DNA of 64,000 nt, from positions 1 to 64,000 of IMG/VR virus record IMGVR_UViG_3300042516_001671; one strand, 5' to 3'. Shown here piece after piece: positions 35,746-45,432 of this stretch (positions are counted from its first letter, which is position 1; every line of letters begins with the position of its first letter). The notes under the pieces were generated by a model. The model saw only the letters and a list, made by a program, of their open reading frames with translations, did not search any database and was not told the DNA's origin. The position numbers and the translations under genes were made by a program. This DNA comes from a virus.

Positions 35746-35999
35746 ACAACAAGCTAAACGCCGCAGAGAGGGAGCACCTACGCAGGGTCAAGGAGCTACC
35801 CTGCGGGGTCTGCGGAGCTTCGGGCCCTTCTGATGCTCATCACATCAAGCAAGGGCTCCAGTACCTCTGCATCCCCCTATGTAGGGACTGTCATCAAGGG
35901 AGTTTCAACGGCATCCATGGACAGGCCAGGATCTGGTCTGTCCTCAAGAAGGATGAGATGACCGTCCTGAACGATGTCATTGCGCGTCTATCATCTTAA
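35742..35999 (+). CDS. Ref/DUF968-like HNH-type protein
   Basis: LPC.VCG....DAHHI.....IPLC..CH....GIH. Confidence 0.75.
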   Translation: MNNKLNAAEREHLRRVKELPCGVCGASGPSDAHHIKQGLQYLCIPLCRDCHQGSFNGIHGQARIWSVLKKDEMTVLNDVIARLSS

Positions 36000-37555
36000 T
36001 ATGAAGTTTGGTTCTGTTTGCAGCGGTATTGAAGCCGCCAGCGTGGCATGGCACTTGTTGGGCTGGCATGCCTCTTGGTTTAGCGAGATCGAGCCGTTCC
36101 CGTCGGCGGTGCTGGCGCATCACTACCCGGGCGCGCCCAACTTGGGGGACATGACGACGCTGCCTGATCGCATTCTGTCGGGTGAGGTTGAGGCGCCTGA
36201 CCTGTTCTGTGGGGGCACGCCGTGTCAGGCGTTCAGTGTGGCCGGCCTGCGCCGGTCGCTGGATGATGCCCGGGGCAACCTTTCTCTTATCTTCTGCGAG
36301 ATCGCCGATGCAATTGACCATGTTCGACTTGCTGGAGGAGAGCCTGCCAGCATCGTCTTCTGGGAGAACGTGCCCGGAGTCCTCTCAACCAAGGACAACG
36401 CCTTCGGGTGCCTCCTCGCACGTCTATGCGGGGGTGATGAGCCACTGCATGCGCCCGACGGCTGGCCGGATGCGGGTTGCGTTTCTGGACCCACGAGAAC
36501 AGCGGCGTGGCGCGTCTTGGATGCCCAATACTTCGGCTTGGCCCAACGACGCCGCCGCGTGTTCGTTGTCGCGAGTGCTAGAGACGGGTTCGATCCCGCC
36601 CAGGTTCTTCTTGAGTTCGAAGGCGTGCGCCGGGATTCTGCGCCGCGCCGAGAAGCGGGGGAAGGAGTTGCCCGAGGCGCTGCGCCGAGCTTTGGAATCC
36701 GTAGCGCGAACACCAGCAGCAACGGATGGGGAATCCAGCGAGAACTGACGCACACACTGGACACGGCGTCGCCTCAGATCGTGGCGCAAGCCTTTGGTGG
36801 CGGGCAGAACTGCGCTCAGACTGATGTGAGTACAACGCTGAGTGCCCATCCTGGTGGGTCAACGCTGGACTTCCAGACGGAGACGTTTGTCGCTCACACC
36901 CTGCGCGGCGAAGGCTTCGACGCCAGCGAGGACGGCACTGGGCGGGGGACGCCGCTGGTGCCGGTGGCGTTCAGCATCATGCCCATGAACAGCGGCAAGG
37001 ACTACAAGGCCCGAGAGGTCGATGTGGCGCAACCGCTGATGGCTGCAGGCCCCTTTGGCGGGAATCAGGGTGGTGATTTCATTGCGCAGCCGGTGGAGCC
37101 GGTGCCTATGATCAATATGCAAGGCAGCAAAGGCAATGCAGTCGCGCAAGCTGACGGCCCGAGCTTCACGCTCAACGCCATGCACGGCCACGATATGCAC
37201 GCTGTAGCGGTGCCGGTGGCGATGCGCGAGTCTGGCCAGGGCTACTGGATGCAGGACGATATTGCCGGAACGATAGATGCCAACATGGGCATGAGCGGAC
37301 ACGCCAATCGGCCTGCCGTCATCAAGCAGCAAGCCATGCAAGTCCGCCGCCTCACGCCCGTTGAGTGCGAGCGGCTGCAAGGCTTCCCAGACGGCTACAC
37401 CGCCATCCCCTGGCGCGGCAAGCCCGCCAGCGAGTGCCCTGACGGCCCGCGCTACAAGGCCCTGGGCAACTCTTGGGCCGTGCCGGTGGTGCGGTGGATT
37501 GGAAGACGAATTGATGATCTGTTGAAGCAAAACCTTATTGCGCGTCTATCATCTT
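35979..37555. repeat. 19-bp exact direct repeats ATTGCGCGTCTATCATCTT flanking the methyltransferase
   Basis: Copies at 35979-35997 and 37537-37555. Confidence 0.95.
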
Positions 37556-37560
37556 CTTGA
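36001..37560 (+). CDS. DNA (cytosine-5) methyltransferase with long modular variable region
   Basis: SVCSGIEAA (I), GGTPCQAFS (IV), WENVPG (VI), QRRRR (VIII), RRLTPVECERLQGFP, YKALGNS (X). Confidence 0.95.
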   Translation: MKFGSVCSGIEAASVAWHLLGWHASWFSEIEPFPSAVLAHHYPGAPNLGDMTTLPDRILSGEVEAPDLFCGGTPCQAFSVAGLRRSLDDARGNLSLIFCEIADAIDHVRLAGGEPASIVFWENVPGVLSTKDNAFGCLLARLCGGDEPLHAPDGWPDAGCVSGPTRTAAWRVLDAQYFGLAQRRRRVFVVASARDGFDPAQVLLEFEGVRRDSAPRREAGEGVARGAAPSFGIRSANTSSNGWGIQRELTHTLDTASPQIVAQAFGGGQNCAQTDVSTTLSAHPGGSTLDFQTETFVAHTLRGEGFDASEDGTGRGTPLVPVAFSIMPMNSGKDYKAREVDVAQPLMAAGPFGGNQGGDFIAQPVEPVPMINMQGSKGNAVAQADGPSFTLNAMHGHDMHAVAVPVAMRESGQGYWMQDDIAGTIDANMGMSGHANRPAVIKQQAMQVRRLTPVECERLQGFPDGYTAIPWRGKPASECPDGPRYKALGNSWAVPVVRWIGRRIDDLLKQNLIARLSSS

Positions 37561-40500
37561 TCTCTTGGATGTTGGAGGCTAGGTTGTTCTCCAACTCCGT
37601 GATGTTGGCGATGATGTCCTTCTTTCCCTCTGCATCCATGGTGGAGGCGCGGACAAAGTTCTTCATCTCCCGGTACTGCTTCATGGACTTTTCCAGATCC
37701 AGGACAAAGTCCTTCGTGGCGAGGAGACCCATGTTCTCCTGCATGAACTCTCCCCATTCCTGGGGTTTCATGTTCCTCTCCAGGAGGTTGGCCGTCCGGA
37801 CAGCCTCGTCTACAGAGTTCTTCAACTCGTAGTACGCGGTGACTTGTCCTCGCGCCAGAGGATCCACAGCAAACCGCCGGATGACGGGCATCTGTTCAAA
37901 CCGCTTTGCTGCCTTGGGGGCATCGGTATTCATGTCATAGATGGCATCGAACAGATCCATCATGTATCCACCGATGGTTCCCGTATAGCCTCTGATCATC
38001 TCGTCAATCTTGACCGGAGACAGTTGGAGTGCCGTGGGTAGATCCTTGGTTGCTCCGCCGATCAGTTCTCCAATCCGGGATGTGCCGGGCGCGATCTGGT
38101 AAGCCGGGTTTACATCTTCCAGTCCCTGAGAGACGATAGGCCGTCCGGTGAAGAACGAGTAGTTCGTCACGGATTCAATGAGAGGAAGGGCTGTCTGGGG
38201 GATCGGGTTAAACGACAAGGTGCTGGTCAACTGCCTTGTCATGGACTTCAGGAAGTCCTTCCCGGTGTCGTCCCCAAAGCTGTACTCCAGGATCCGCTCA
38301 GGGATCACCTTGAACAGGACGCCGATTTCAAAGGGGATAGGGATCTTGACATCACCCAAGATCCAGTAGTTGTCCCGCGTTTCCTGCTCTTGTCTCTTCC
38401 ACTCATCATCTTCGGAGGCAAGCATCCAGTACATCGTGGACAGGGCTGCAATGGTCATGCCCCGGATGAAGAAGCTCTTCTGGATCTCCTTGGCGTTTGC
38501 TTCCGTGCCCCTCCCAAATGCCGCCCGGTACAGAACATCAAGGCCCTGCATCCGCGCATTCAAGAACGGCACTGCTGCGGTCAGAACCCGAACCATGGGG
38601 TTGTTGCCCTTCCGGTTGAAGTTCATCACCTCCACCGCCCGGAACAGAGCTTCCGCCTCATTGCCCGTCTCAGCAAGGGTCTTCTTGTAGACCTCCATAC
38701 GAGTTGCTGCGTCAGAGGCCGTCGTTCCCTTTTCAAGGGCATCCCAAAGAGAGACAAAGGGGCGGGCCAACTGCTCTGCTGGCGTATAAACACCCGCTTC
38801 CTTGCGAAGGGCCCGGTCAAACCTTTGTGCGCTGATCTCTACCCCTTGGGAGTAGTCATAGCCACCGATCACCCCAGAGTTGAGAAGTGCCGCGTATTCG
38901 GGGTTCTGCCCTCTTAGGGCCTTGGTGAAGTTTGTCAGGGTATCCACCATGGGTGTCATCTTGACCCCGGAAGACACCCAGGCAGACATCGAGTCCCGCA
39001 TCATGTTGGCAAGCATGAAGGCAGGATCCTTTGTGACCAAGTTCCGCAGCAGGTTTGCCGGCCCGGCCAGCAGGCCGATGAACGGCAGATCCCCCAGGTT
39101 CAGACTCTTCATGGCTTCCACGAAGAGAGGATCCTTGGTGGCGTAATATGAAGTTAGTCCATTTTCCAGAACTTTAATCACATTTGGAGCAGAAGAGGCA
39201 TAGTTCAGCCTATTGGCTTGTCCAATAAGCACAGCAGTGTTTACAGCCCTCTGTGCTGCGACGTTTTTCATCCCCGCTTCAATGGAATATTGGACGTTCC
39301 GAACCACGGTCTCCAGGAATTCTCCAATCTTTAATTCTGACTCTTTAAGTTTCTTCGGTGCGCGGACCCCTGACAAGGATGCAAAGATCTGGGGCCCGAC
39401 AGTCTCCTCCCCTTCTACCTGCCGATAGAAGGGGATGTAGTCCGAATACTTGACAAACTCCTTGGCCGCTTCTTCAGAGAGAACCCCGGTGTCCTTCAGA
39501 TATTTAACCAGACCATTGTTGAACTTGATCCATTCATCATGGATGTCTTTGAACTCAGGATGATCCTTGAGGATCTGCGCGGCAGTAGCACGATCTGCCG
39601 GCGTGATGATCCCGGTTTCTCTACCCTGTCCGTACAAACGGATGCCCCTGTTTATAGCGGCCCAGGTCTGGTACTTCTGGTAGATGAACGGATCGTTGTA
39701 CTTCGCCAGCGGGGCGAAGATGGCAATCGGCCCCTTGACCGTGTTGTTGTTGTTGACGATCTTGGTGTGACCGTTTACATACACAGGGATGCCGCCAACA
39801 CCGTCATGCACCCCCATGGCCCCGGCCAGAACACCGGCACTCAGATCAGACATGAGCGCAGCGCCATGAGAACTTGCATCTGCAAGCAGAGGAGCGCCGC
39901 CCATCAGGCGGACAAGCTCTTTGTCGTACTCGCTCAGACGGTTGTACCGATCCAGGAAAGCCGCCCGGAAGGACGATGCAGACTTCGGGGCAATGGCCTC
40001 GGTAATCCGCTTGATGAAGGACTTCTCTTCCCGTGGGGTGGTGATCTGATCAACCCGGGCACGGGTGACAGGATCTGTCGTATCACGCAGGCTTGCCTTG
40101 ATGCTCGGATCTACAGGATCAAACTTTCCAACGTTGCCGATGGCAGATTTGATCTGGGTAGGATTGAAAGCAACAATCTCCGTCAGCTTTCCATCCCGGT
40201 ACTGCATGAGACCGTCATAGCCCTGAGAAAGGGCTCGGTTCATCACTTGTTTTCCGATGTAGCCCTTCTCTTCATAAGCCTTCTCCACCATGGCCTCGGC
40301 CTTGTCCTGCTTCATGCCAAGCTGGACAAGAGCCATGATCATCGGGTCTTCGTTGCCTTTGTGTTTCAACAGCAAAGGTTTTTGCAGAGACACATACAGC
40401 GGCATTACATTGGGCGACTCGCCCTCTGCGTAATACGAAGCAAAACTTGCGCTTGGGGTCGTGTAAATGCCAGCACCAAGGGCGCCTTCTTTAGATACCC

Positions 40501-43500
40501 GGGCCGTAGTGCCGTAGTCAGTATCAACACCACGGTAAACAACCAAAGGCCTTCCATCATCATCAACAACGGCACTATCCTTGAACCACCTCCAGAAGTT
40601 CTTGGTTCCTTCTTCAGTGGGGTAGATAGGCTTGTTGGTGCTGCTGGTGGTGGGACGTTCAGTACCGTCTACGTTGACAGTGTCACGCAGGCTGGGCTTG
40701 GCAATCGGGATGATCTTCTTGCCGGCCTTGATCTTCTCTTGGTCTCGGATGACAACGGTGTCTCCGTCCCTCTCCCGGTCGTAATCGACAAAGAACCCAT
40801 CGTGCCGTAGTGCGGCGTCTTCTGGCCTGCCCGTCCTGTCCTTGTTGGTCAGGCCGATGATCATGCCCTTGTTGAAGAGGTTGCCCTTCTGGCCGGGCCG
40901 AGGATCCAGGAACCGGGCGTCGTAGTTGTCGCCGTTCCAGACCTGGAACTTGTCCCCGGTCTTCTCGTCCAGCACAAAGTCGGGCATGTCCCGCTTGCTT
41001 GTAAACGCCATCGCCACGTTGAACCCATTGTTCAAACGCTTGATCATGGCGTCCCAGTTGGATCCGACACCAACCGTCTTTCCTTCAACAACCTGAGCCG
41101 CGCCGTCAGAGCTATAGGTCAGGTGGTGGTTGTCAGCAATCGGGCCCGGCGTTGCCAGCTTGGTGTAGTCATAGAACCGGACGCCAGGGAACCCCTCAAT
41201 GAACGGCTTGAGCATCTTCGGCGGGAAGTCGCTCGTCACGTTCAGACGTATAGCAGGTGTGTAAACCTGCTTCTTAACGCGACTTTTTTCTCCGTTCTCT
41301 TCCGTGATGACCTCAAAGCCCTTGTCGCTCTTGGCCCAGGATTCAAACTTCTTGATCTCGTCGTAGAGGACGATGCCGAACTCTTCCGGGTGCATCACCA
41401 GAGCTTCGGTCTTGAGATACTGAGACAGCCTGGGGCCGGCGCGGAACGGACCATCACCGCCGTAAAGCTGGTTCTGACCGCTGGTCTCACCCAGGCACAG
41501 ACCCTCACACCGGGCCGACTGCGGGCAGGTAGACAGGTTGCGCTCGTTGATCTTCTGGGCGCTGGCAAGCCCAAGCCCCAGAGACGCCACGCTGTTCTGG
41601 ATGTCTTCCGGAAGCTGGTACTCGTTCAAGCGGGTCTTCTGCAGCTTCCCGTTTTCACCAAGGAGGGTGCCGACGTTGTGCTCGTCCTTGAGCACCTGCC
41701 GGGCCTGGGCGAGCTTGGCACGCTGATCTGCCGGCGAGAGTTGCTTGTACGCAGAGATGGCAGACTCAAGGCCCTTGCCGATGTCACCAATCGTCGTGGT
41801 CTTGGCGATAGCCTCGCTGCGCGGCTTGTAGAGCGTGAACAGCTTGGTCATCTTCATCTTCTCGGCGAAGGCATTGCCCTCTGCCAGTTGGATGAAGAAG
41901 TCCTTCCGGCCATCCGAATGCTCCATGTCGAACTGGAGCATCTCCGGCGGCACCTGAACCATCACGTTGGCTTCAATCGGACCCTGATCGATGTTGCCAG
42001 CCCTGGTCCGGACAGCAGCAGGATTGGACTCGTTGGTCAGGTAGATCCGGTTGGACGTTGGGCTGGTCGCCTTGAGTCTCTTGGTCTTGGCGACTTCCCG
42101 GGCGGACAGATTGCTGGTCGGGAAGTACAGGGTGACCGTGCCATTCGCGTTGAGCGGCACGTTCAGAACAGGATGGTTCTCCTTGCCCTTGGCAAGCTCT
42201 TTCTCCCCATACGGGGCTTTGATGGAGAGCTTGGGCGTTTCAACAGGCGCCTCGATCTGCCCCGCCGAGGTGTAGGGAAGAATGCCGTTCTGCTCTTCGT
42301 ACTTCTCGGCGTCCTTCTCTTCCTGTGCAGTGTCTTTCCAAGAATCGGGCTCGATGGGGCCGGCACGAAGCTCGCCCCGCTCGGCCTTCTTGAATATCCG
42401 CTCTGCATCAAGCGCGGCACCAAATGCCTCCTTGATAGCCTGGAAGAAGTTCTGGATCTTCTTCAGCAGAGCCTGGAGCATCCCAGCAGGAGCCTTGGTG
42501 GCGCTGAAATCGGCAAAGGCATCAGCGATAGCCTCCTCCAGCATCGCCTCTTCGTCGCCGCCGTAGAACTTCATGTAGGCGTCGTACCGGGACATCTGCC
42601 CTTCTTGCAGAGGCTGTCTGTTTACATTCTTCTTCTTCAGGTACTGATCGACCCACTTCTCCTTGGCCTGCCTCTCCAAAGACTTCCACTGCGCCGGGGA
42701 GAAGAAGCCAAGCTCCTTCATGGCATGGATTGCTTCATGCCTCAGAGCAACGACAGGATCTGTCGCATCAAGTGCCAGACTGAGAACCTTGGAGGCGTAC
42801 TCCCCCTCGGCCTTCATGTCGGCAACCAACCGGAGACCCACATCCTTCAGGCCATACCGGGTCAGGATCCTCTGAAGAGCCTTGCCAAGTGCATCAATCT
42901 TGGCCTCAACATCCTTGGGAAGTTCCTTGGGCTCAGCTTCCCGGACAGAGGGCTTCTCTTCCGGCTTCTCTGCAGGCTCCATCTCCTTGCGGATCTCTTG
43001 CACAAGCTCAGGAGAGCTTGACCAGTTATCCCAGGACGCTTTCTGCTGACGGAGTTCCTTCTCCCGCTTCTTGAGTGCCTCGGGATCCTTGATGTCGATC
43101 CCTTCCTTCTTGGCGATCTCCGGGCGCCTGCTGGCGCCAGAGATGGCAGCAAGCCTCTGCGCAATCTGGTTCTGCTTGAGAGTGGCGATCTTCGCCATCT
43201 CCTCAGCTTCCTTCATGGCGGAGTCATCAAACCCAAAGAGGTCACCACCCTCTAGCGCAGGACGGCCCTTGGAGATCTCCTGTACCGCCTTGATGATGTT
43301 TACAGCAGCAAGAGGGCTCTTCCCCTCCTGGATGGCCTTTATGCCGACTGCTTGGAGTCGGGAGTCTCCGGGGGCGGCGTTGGCGATTGCGGCTGCGCCT
43401 GCGTCAGGGATGACATCGGCACGATGCGCCGCAACAAGCTCGGGACTTCCTTTGGTTGCGATGGCGAAGCCTTGCTTTCCCGGAGCCCGCGCCAGAAGAC

Positions 43501-45430
43501 CTCTTGCGTCGGCATCTGCTTCTGGGATTCCTGCATTTTCAAAGTAGGCGACATAGTCCTTGACCTTCCCCTGTTGGTCCCGAATGTTCAACTCGGCATC
43601 CAGCATCGCTGCCTGTTTGGCATCGAAACCAGTAGCCTCTTCATGGATCTGGGCAGGGATGGTTTGTTCTCCACTGCGCTGGGCAAGATCCAACCTATGC
43701 CGCCCGGAGATCACCTCCATGCGGCCATCGTTTCGCTTCCAGACCTGGATGGGCGCGACACCGCGCCGGTCAAACGTGCCGCCCAGGGCCTCAACAACAC
43801 CCTTGGCATCAGCATCCGACTTGAACTGAGGAACGTCTTTCGACAGCATCAACTCAGCAAGGGGCAACTCAATGACGGGATAGCCAGCGACCGCGTGCTG
43901 CTCTGACGCTTGCTCGGCCTTCGCCTCATCCGCCGCGGCTTGCTCTTCTTCTTTGGTCTCAGCCTGGGCCGGCTTGGTCTCGGTGGGCTTGGCCTGCTCA
44001 GGGATCTCGGTGGCTGGCTTCTCTGCCGTTTCAACGGGAGTGAGCGGCAGCGTTGTCGGCGCAGCGCCTTCTGCAGGCTGTGTAGCCGTTTGTGTAACGA
44101 GATCGGGCGGGACAGTCTTCTCTCGGGGAACCCGCTGCGCCAGGATGGATTGAAGCGTGGATGCCCGCTGCTCCGGCGGCAGGTTCATGGCATACGCCCT
44201 CACCTGATCCAGAGTGCCGACTGATCCATCGGGAAGGCGGAAGACATCCTCTCCCTCCGGGGCCGTTGAAACAACAGGCTCAGTGGGGGCGGCGGGCGGC
44301 GTCACCGGGGCAAGAGGCTGTTCTGCACGCCGAGCGGCGTCGATCTCCCGGCTCATCCTACGGGCGAAAGCAGAGTCGGACTCACCCTCTTGTTGACCCG
44401 GCAAACGCTCCACACCAGTGCGAGGAACAGCAAGTCCACCACCCAGGATGGCCCCGGCAGCACCTTCCATTGCGCCAGCACCAAAGACATTCCTGAACAG
44501 AGGAACATCAAAGCCTTCACTCCTCAAGGCTATGTTCTGGGCAAGTTGAGACTGTCCAGCTTGTGCGAACTCAGGAGCGCCTTCTTGAAGAGCGCCAAGA
44601 CCGACGCGGGACAGCAGGCCCCTCTCGGCATCTCGAAGAGCTTGCTGCTCTGCAACATCCTTGACAGCACCTCTGCTCAGCATGGACGTCAGAGGACGTT
44701 CAATGCCCATACCGCCAGCAATTGCCCCCAACCCACCGGCAGCAACCATGGACGGAAGATTGGAACTTGCATAGGACTGAGCCTCTAGAGCCTTGGCCCG
44801 AGCGATCTCATCGGAGGCGCCCTTCTCCTTGTAAGCCTGCTCGACAGCCTCGTAGATGGAGCCCTTGACCTCACCAACCCCCATGGCCGCGCCGACAGCA
44901 GGCATGGCAACAGCACCGGCACGGGCCACACCAAGAGCAGCCCCAACAGGGCCAGAAGCAAGACCAGCAATGATTACCGGCGCGGTAGACCCAAGAGCCT
45001 GGGCCAGCGTATCTACAGGGGCGGTGGCTAGAGCCCGAAGACCAGCACCAACCTGAGCAAGGACACCCTTGTCTTCTGCCTCCTTGAGGATCTCTGCAAC
45101 CCTTCTCTGGTCATTCTTTGCCTGAGAAGACAGAAGATCTGCCAGCCAAGTATCGGCAGACTTGAGTGCCTCTGATGCCGAAGATCCCGCCCCGAAGAGG
45201 TCGGCCAGCATCCTGATGCCACCAACACCGCCCCGGACAACCTGAAGGGGAACATCGAGGATCTGCCGAAGAACGCCGCTCTGTTCTGGCTGAGGGGCCG
45301 GAGGAGCAGTGATGGCCTGTCGTCCAACTTGAGATTGGACATATTGAATGATCTGGTCTTGTGTTGCTCCCTCCGGGGCAGTAACACGATACCGATTGCC
45401 ATCAGGAGCAGTGACTTCGTAAGTCGGCAT
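37535..45430 (-). CDS. Large polyvalent ejection protein (ParB-like, zincin HExxH, GP88-like Cys domain, ART-PolyVal-like, LPD38-like)
   Basis: PIQVW...VISGRHR; RHEAIH; Cx5Cx3C + RLNVTSD + FYDYTK; F.RWF..S.VVD..G.PLVVYRG...GYDG...F.P.QIKS; PFLNA..QG...IP.PFE. Confidence 0.88.
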   Translation of the reverse strand: MPTYEVTAPDGNRYRVTAPEGATQDQIIQYVQSQVGRQAITAPPAPQPEQSGVLRQILDVPLQVVRGGVGGIRMLADLFGAGSSASEALKSADTWLADLLSSQAKNDQRRVAEILKEAEDKGVLAQVGAGLRALATAPVDTLAQALGSTAPVIIAGLASGPVGAALGVARAGAVAMPAVGAAMGVGEVKGSIYEAVEQAYKEKGASDEIARAKALEAQSYASSNLPSMVAAGGLGAIAGGMGIERPLTSMLSRGAVKDVAEQQALRDAERGLLSRVGLGALQEGAPEFAQAGQSQLAQNIALRSEGFDVPLFRNVFGAGAMEGAAGAILGGGLAVPRTGVERLPGQQEGESDSAFARRMSREIDAARRAEQPLAPVTPPAAPTEPVVSTAPEGEDVFRLPDGSVGTLDQVRAYAMNLPPEQRASTLQSILAQRVPREKTVPPDLVTQTATQPAEGAAPTTLPLTPVETAEKPATEIPEQAKPTETKPAQAETKEEEQAAADEAKAEQASEQHAVAGYPVIELPLAELMLSKDVPQFKSDADAKGVVEALGGTFDRRGVAPIQVWKRNDGRMEVISGRHRLDLAQRSGEQTIPAQIHEEATGFDAKQAAMLDAELNIRDQQGKVKDYVAYFENAGIPEADADARGLLARAPGKQGFAIATKGSPELVAAHRADVIPDAGAAAIANAAPGDSRLQAVGIKAIQEGKSPLAAVNIIKAVQEISKGRPALEGGDLFGFDDSAMKEAEEMAKIATLKQNQIAQRLAAISGASRRPEIAKKEGIDIKDPEALKKREKELRQQKASWDNWSSSPELVQEIRKEMEPAEKPEEKPSVREAEPKELPKDVEAKIDALGKALQRILTRYGLKDVGLRLVADMKAEGEYASKVLSLALDATDPVVALRHEAIHAMKELGFFSPAQWKSLERQAKEKWVDQYLKKKNVNRQPLQEGQMSRYDAYMKFYGGDEEAMLEEAIADAFADFSATKAPAGMLQALLKKIQNFFQAIKEAFGAALDAERIFKKAERGELRAGPIEPDSWKDTAQEEKDAEKYEEQNGILPYTSAGQIEAPVETPKLSIKAPYGEKELAKGKENHPVLNVPLNANGTVTLYFPTSNLSAREVAKTKRLKATSPTSNRIYLTNESNPAAVRTRAGNIDQGPIEANVMVQVPPEMLQFDMEHSDGRKDFFIQLAEGNAFAEKMKMTKLFTLYKPRSEAIAKTTTIGDIGKGLESAISAYKQLSPADQRAKLAQARQVLKDEHNVGTLLGENGKLQKTRLNEYQLPEDIQNSVASLGLGLASAQKINERNLSTCPQSARCEGLCLGETSGQNQLYGGDGPFRAGPRLSQYLKTEALVMHPEEFGIVLYDEIKKFESWAKSDKGFEVITEENGEKSRVKKQVYTPAIRLNVTSDFPPKMLKPFIEGFPGVRFYDYTKLATPGPIADNHHLTYSSDGAAQVVEGKTVGVGSNWDAMIKRLNNGFNVAMAFTSKRDMPDFVLDEKTGDKFQVWNGDNYDARFLDPRPGQKGNLFNKGMIIGLTNKDRTGRPEDAALRHDGFFVDYDRERDGDTVVIRDQEKIKAGKKIIPIAKPSLRDTVNVDGTERPTTSSTNKPIYPTEEGTKNFWRWFKDSAVVDDDGRPLVVYRGVDTDYGTTARVSKEGALGAGIYTTPSASFASYYAEGESPNVMPLYVSLQKPLLLKHKGNEDPMIMALVQLGMKQDKAEAMVEKAYEEKGYIGKQVMNRALSQGYDGLMQYRDGKLTEIVAFNPTQIKSAIGNVGKFDPVDPSIKASLRDTTDPVTRARVDQITTPREEKSFIKRITEAIAPKSASSFRAAFLDRYNRLSEYDKELVRLMGGAPLLADASSHGAALMSDLSAGVLAGAMGVHDGVGGIPVYVNGHTKIVNNNNTVKGPIAIFAPLAKYNDPFIYQKYQTWAAINRGIRLYGQGRETGIITPADRATAAQILKDHPEFKDIHDEWIKFNNGLVKYLKDTGVLSEEAAKEFVKYSDYIPFYRQVEGEETVGPQIFASLSGVRAPKKLKESELKIGEFLETVVRNVQYSIEAGMKNVAAQRAVNTAVLIGQANRLNYASSAPNVIKVLENGLTSYYATKDPLFVEAMKSLNLGDLPFIGLLAGPANLLRNLVTKDPAFMLANMMRDSMSAWVSSGVKMTPMVDTLTNFTKALRGQNPEYAALLNSGVIGGYDYSQGVEISAQRFDRALRKEAGVYTPAEQLARPFVSLWDALEKGTTASDAATRMEVYKKTLAETGNEAEALFRAVEVMNFNRKGNNPMVRVLTAAVPFLNARMQGLDVLYRAAFGRGTEANAKEIQKSFFIRGMTIAALSTMYWMLASEDDEWKRQEQETRDNYWILGDVKIPIPFEIGVLFKVIPERILEYSFGDDTGKDFLKSMTRQLTSTLSFNPIPQTALPLIESVTNYSFFTGRPIVSQGLEDVNPAYQIAPGTSRIGELIGGATKDLPTALQLSPVKIDEMIRGYTGTIGGYMMDLFDAIYDMNTDAPKAAKRFEQMPVIRRFAVDPLARGQVTAYYELKNSVDEAVRTANLLERNMKPQEWGEFMQENMGLLATKDFVLDLEKSMKQYREMKNFVRASTMDAEGKKDIIANITELENNLASNIQEIKKMIDAQ

Positions 45431-45432
45431 GG

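Noticed and set aside
33891-37104. 17-bp identity AGCCGGTGGAGCCGGTG at 33891 and 37088
   Set aside because: Internally repetitive EPVEPV codons, not at gene boundaries; likely chance or low complexity
35979-37555. attL/attR of a prophage or IS target duplication
   Set aside because: No integrase or transposase and no inverted ends; enclosed DNA is only the MTase, so kept as a cassette finding instead
39539-43021. Long plus-strand ORFs (423 and 632 aa); likewise 12073-13608, 8917-9843 and the minus-strand 19323-20303
   Set aside because: Antisense shadows of well-supported genes in GC-rich, codon-biased DNA; no motifs or RBS
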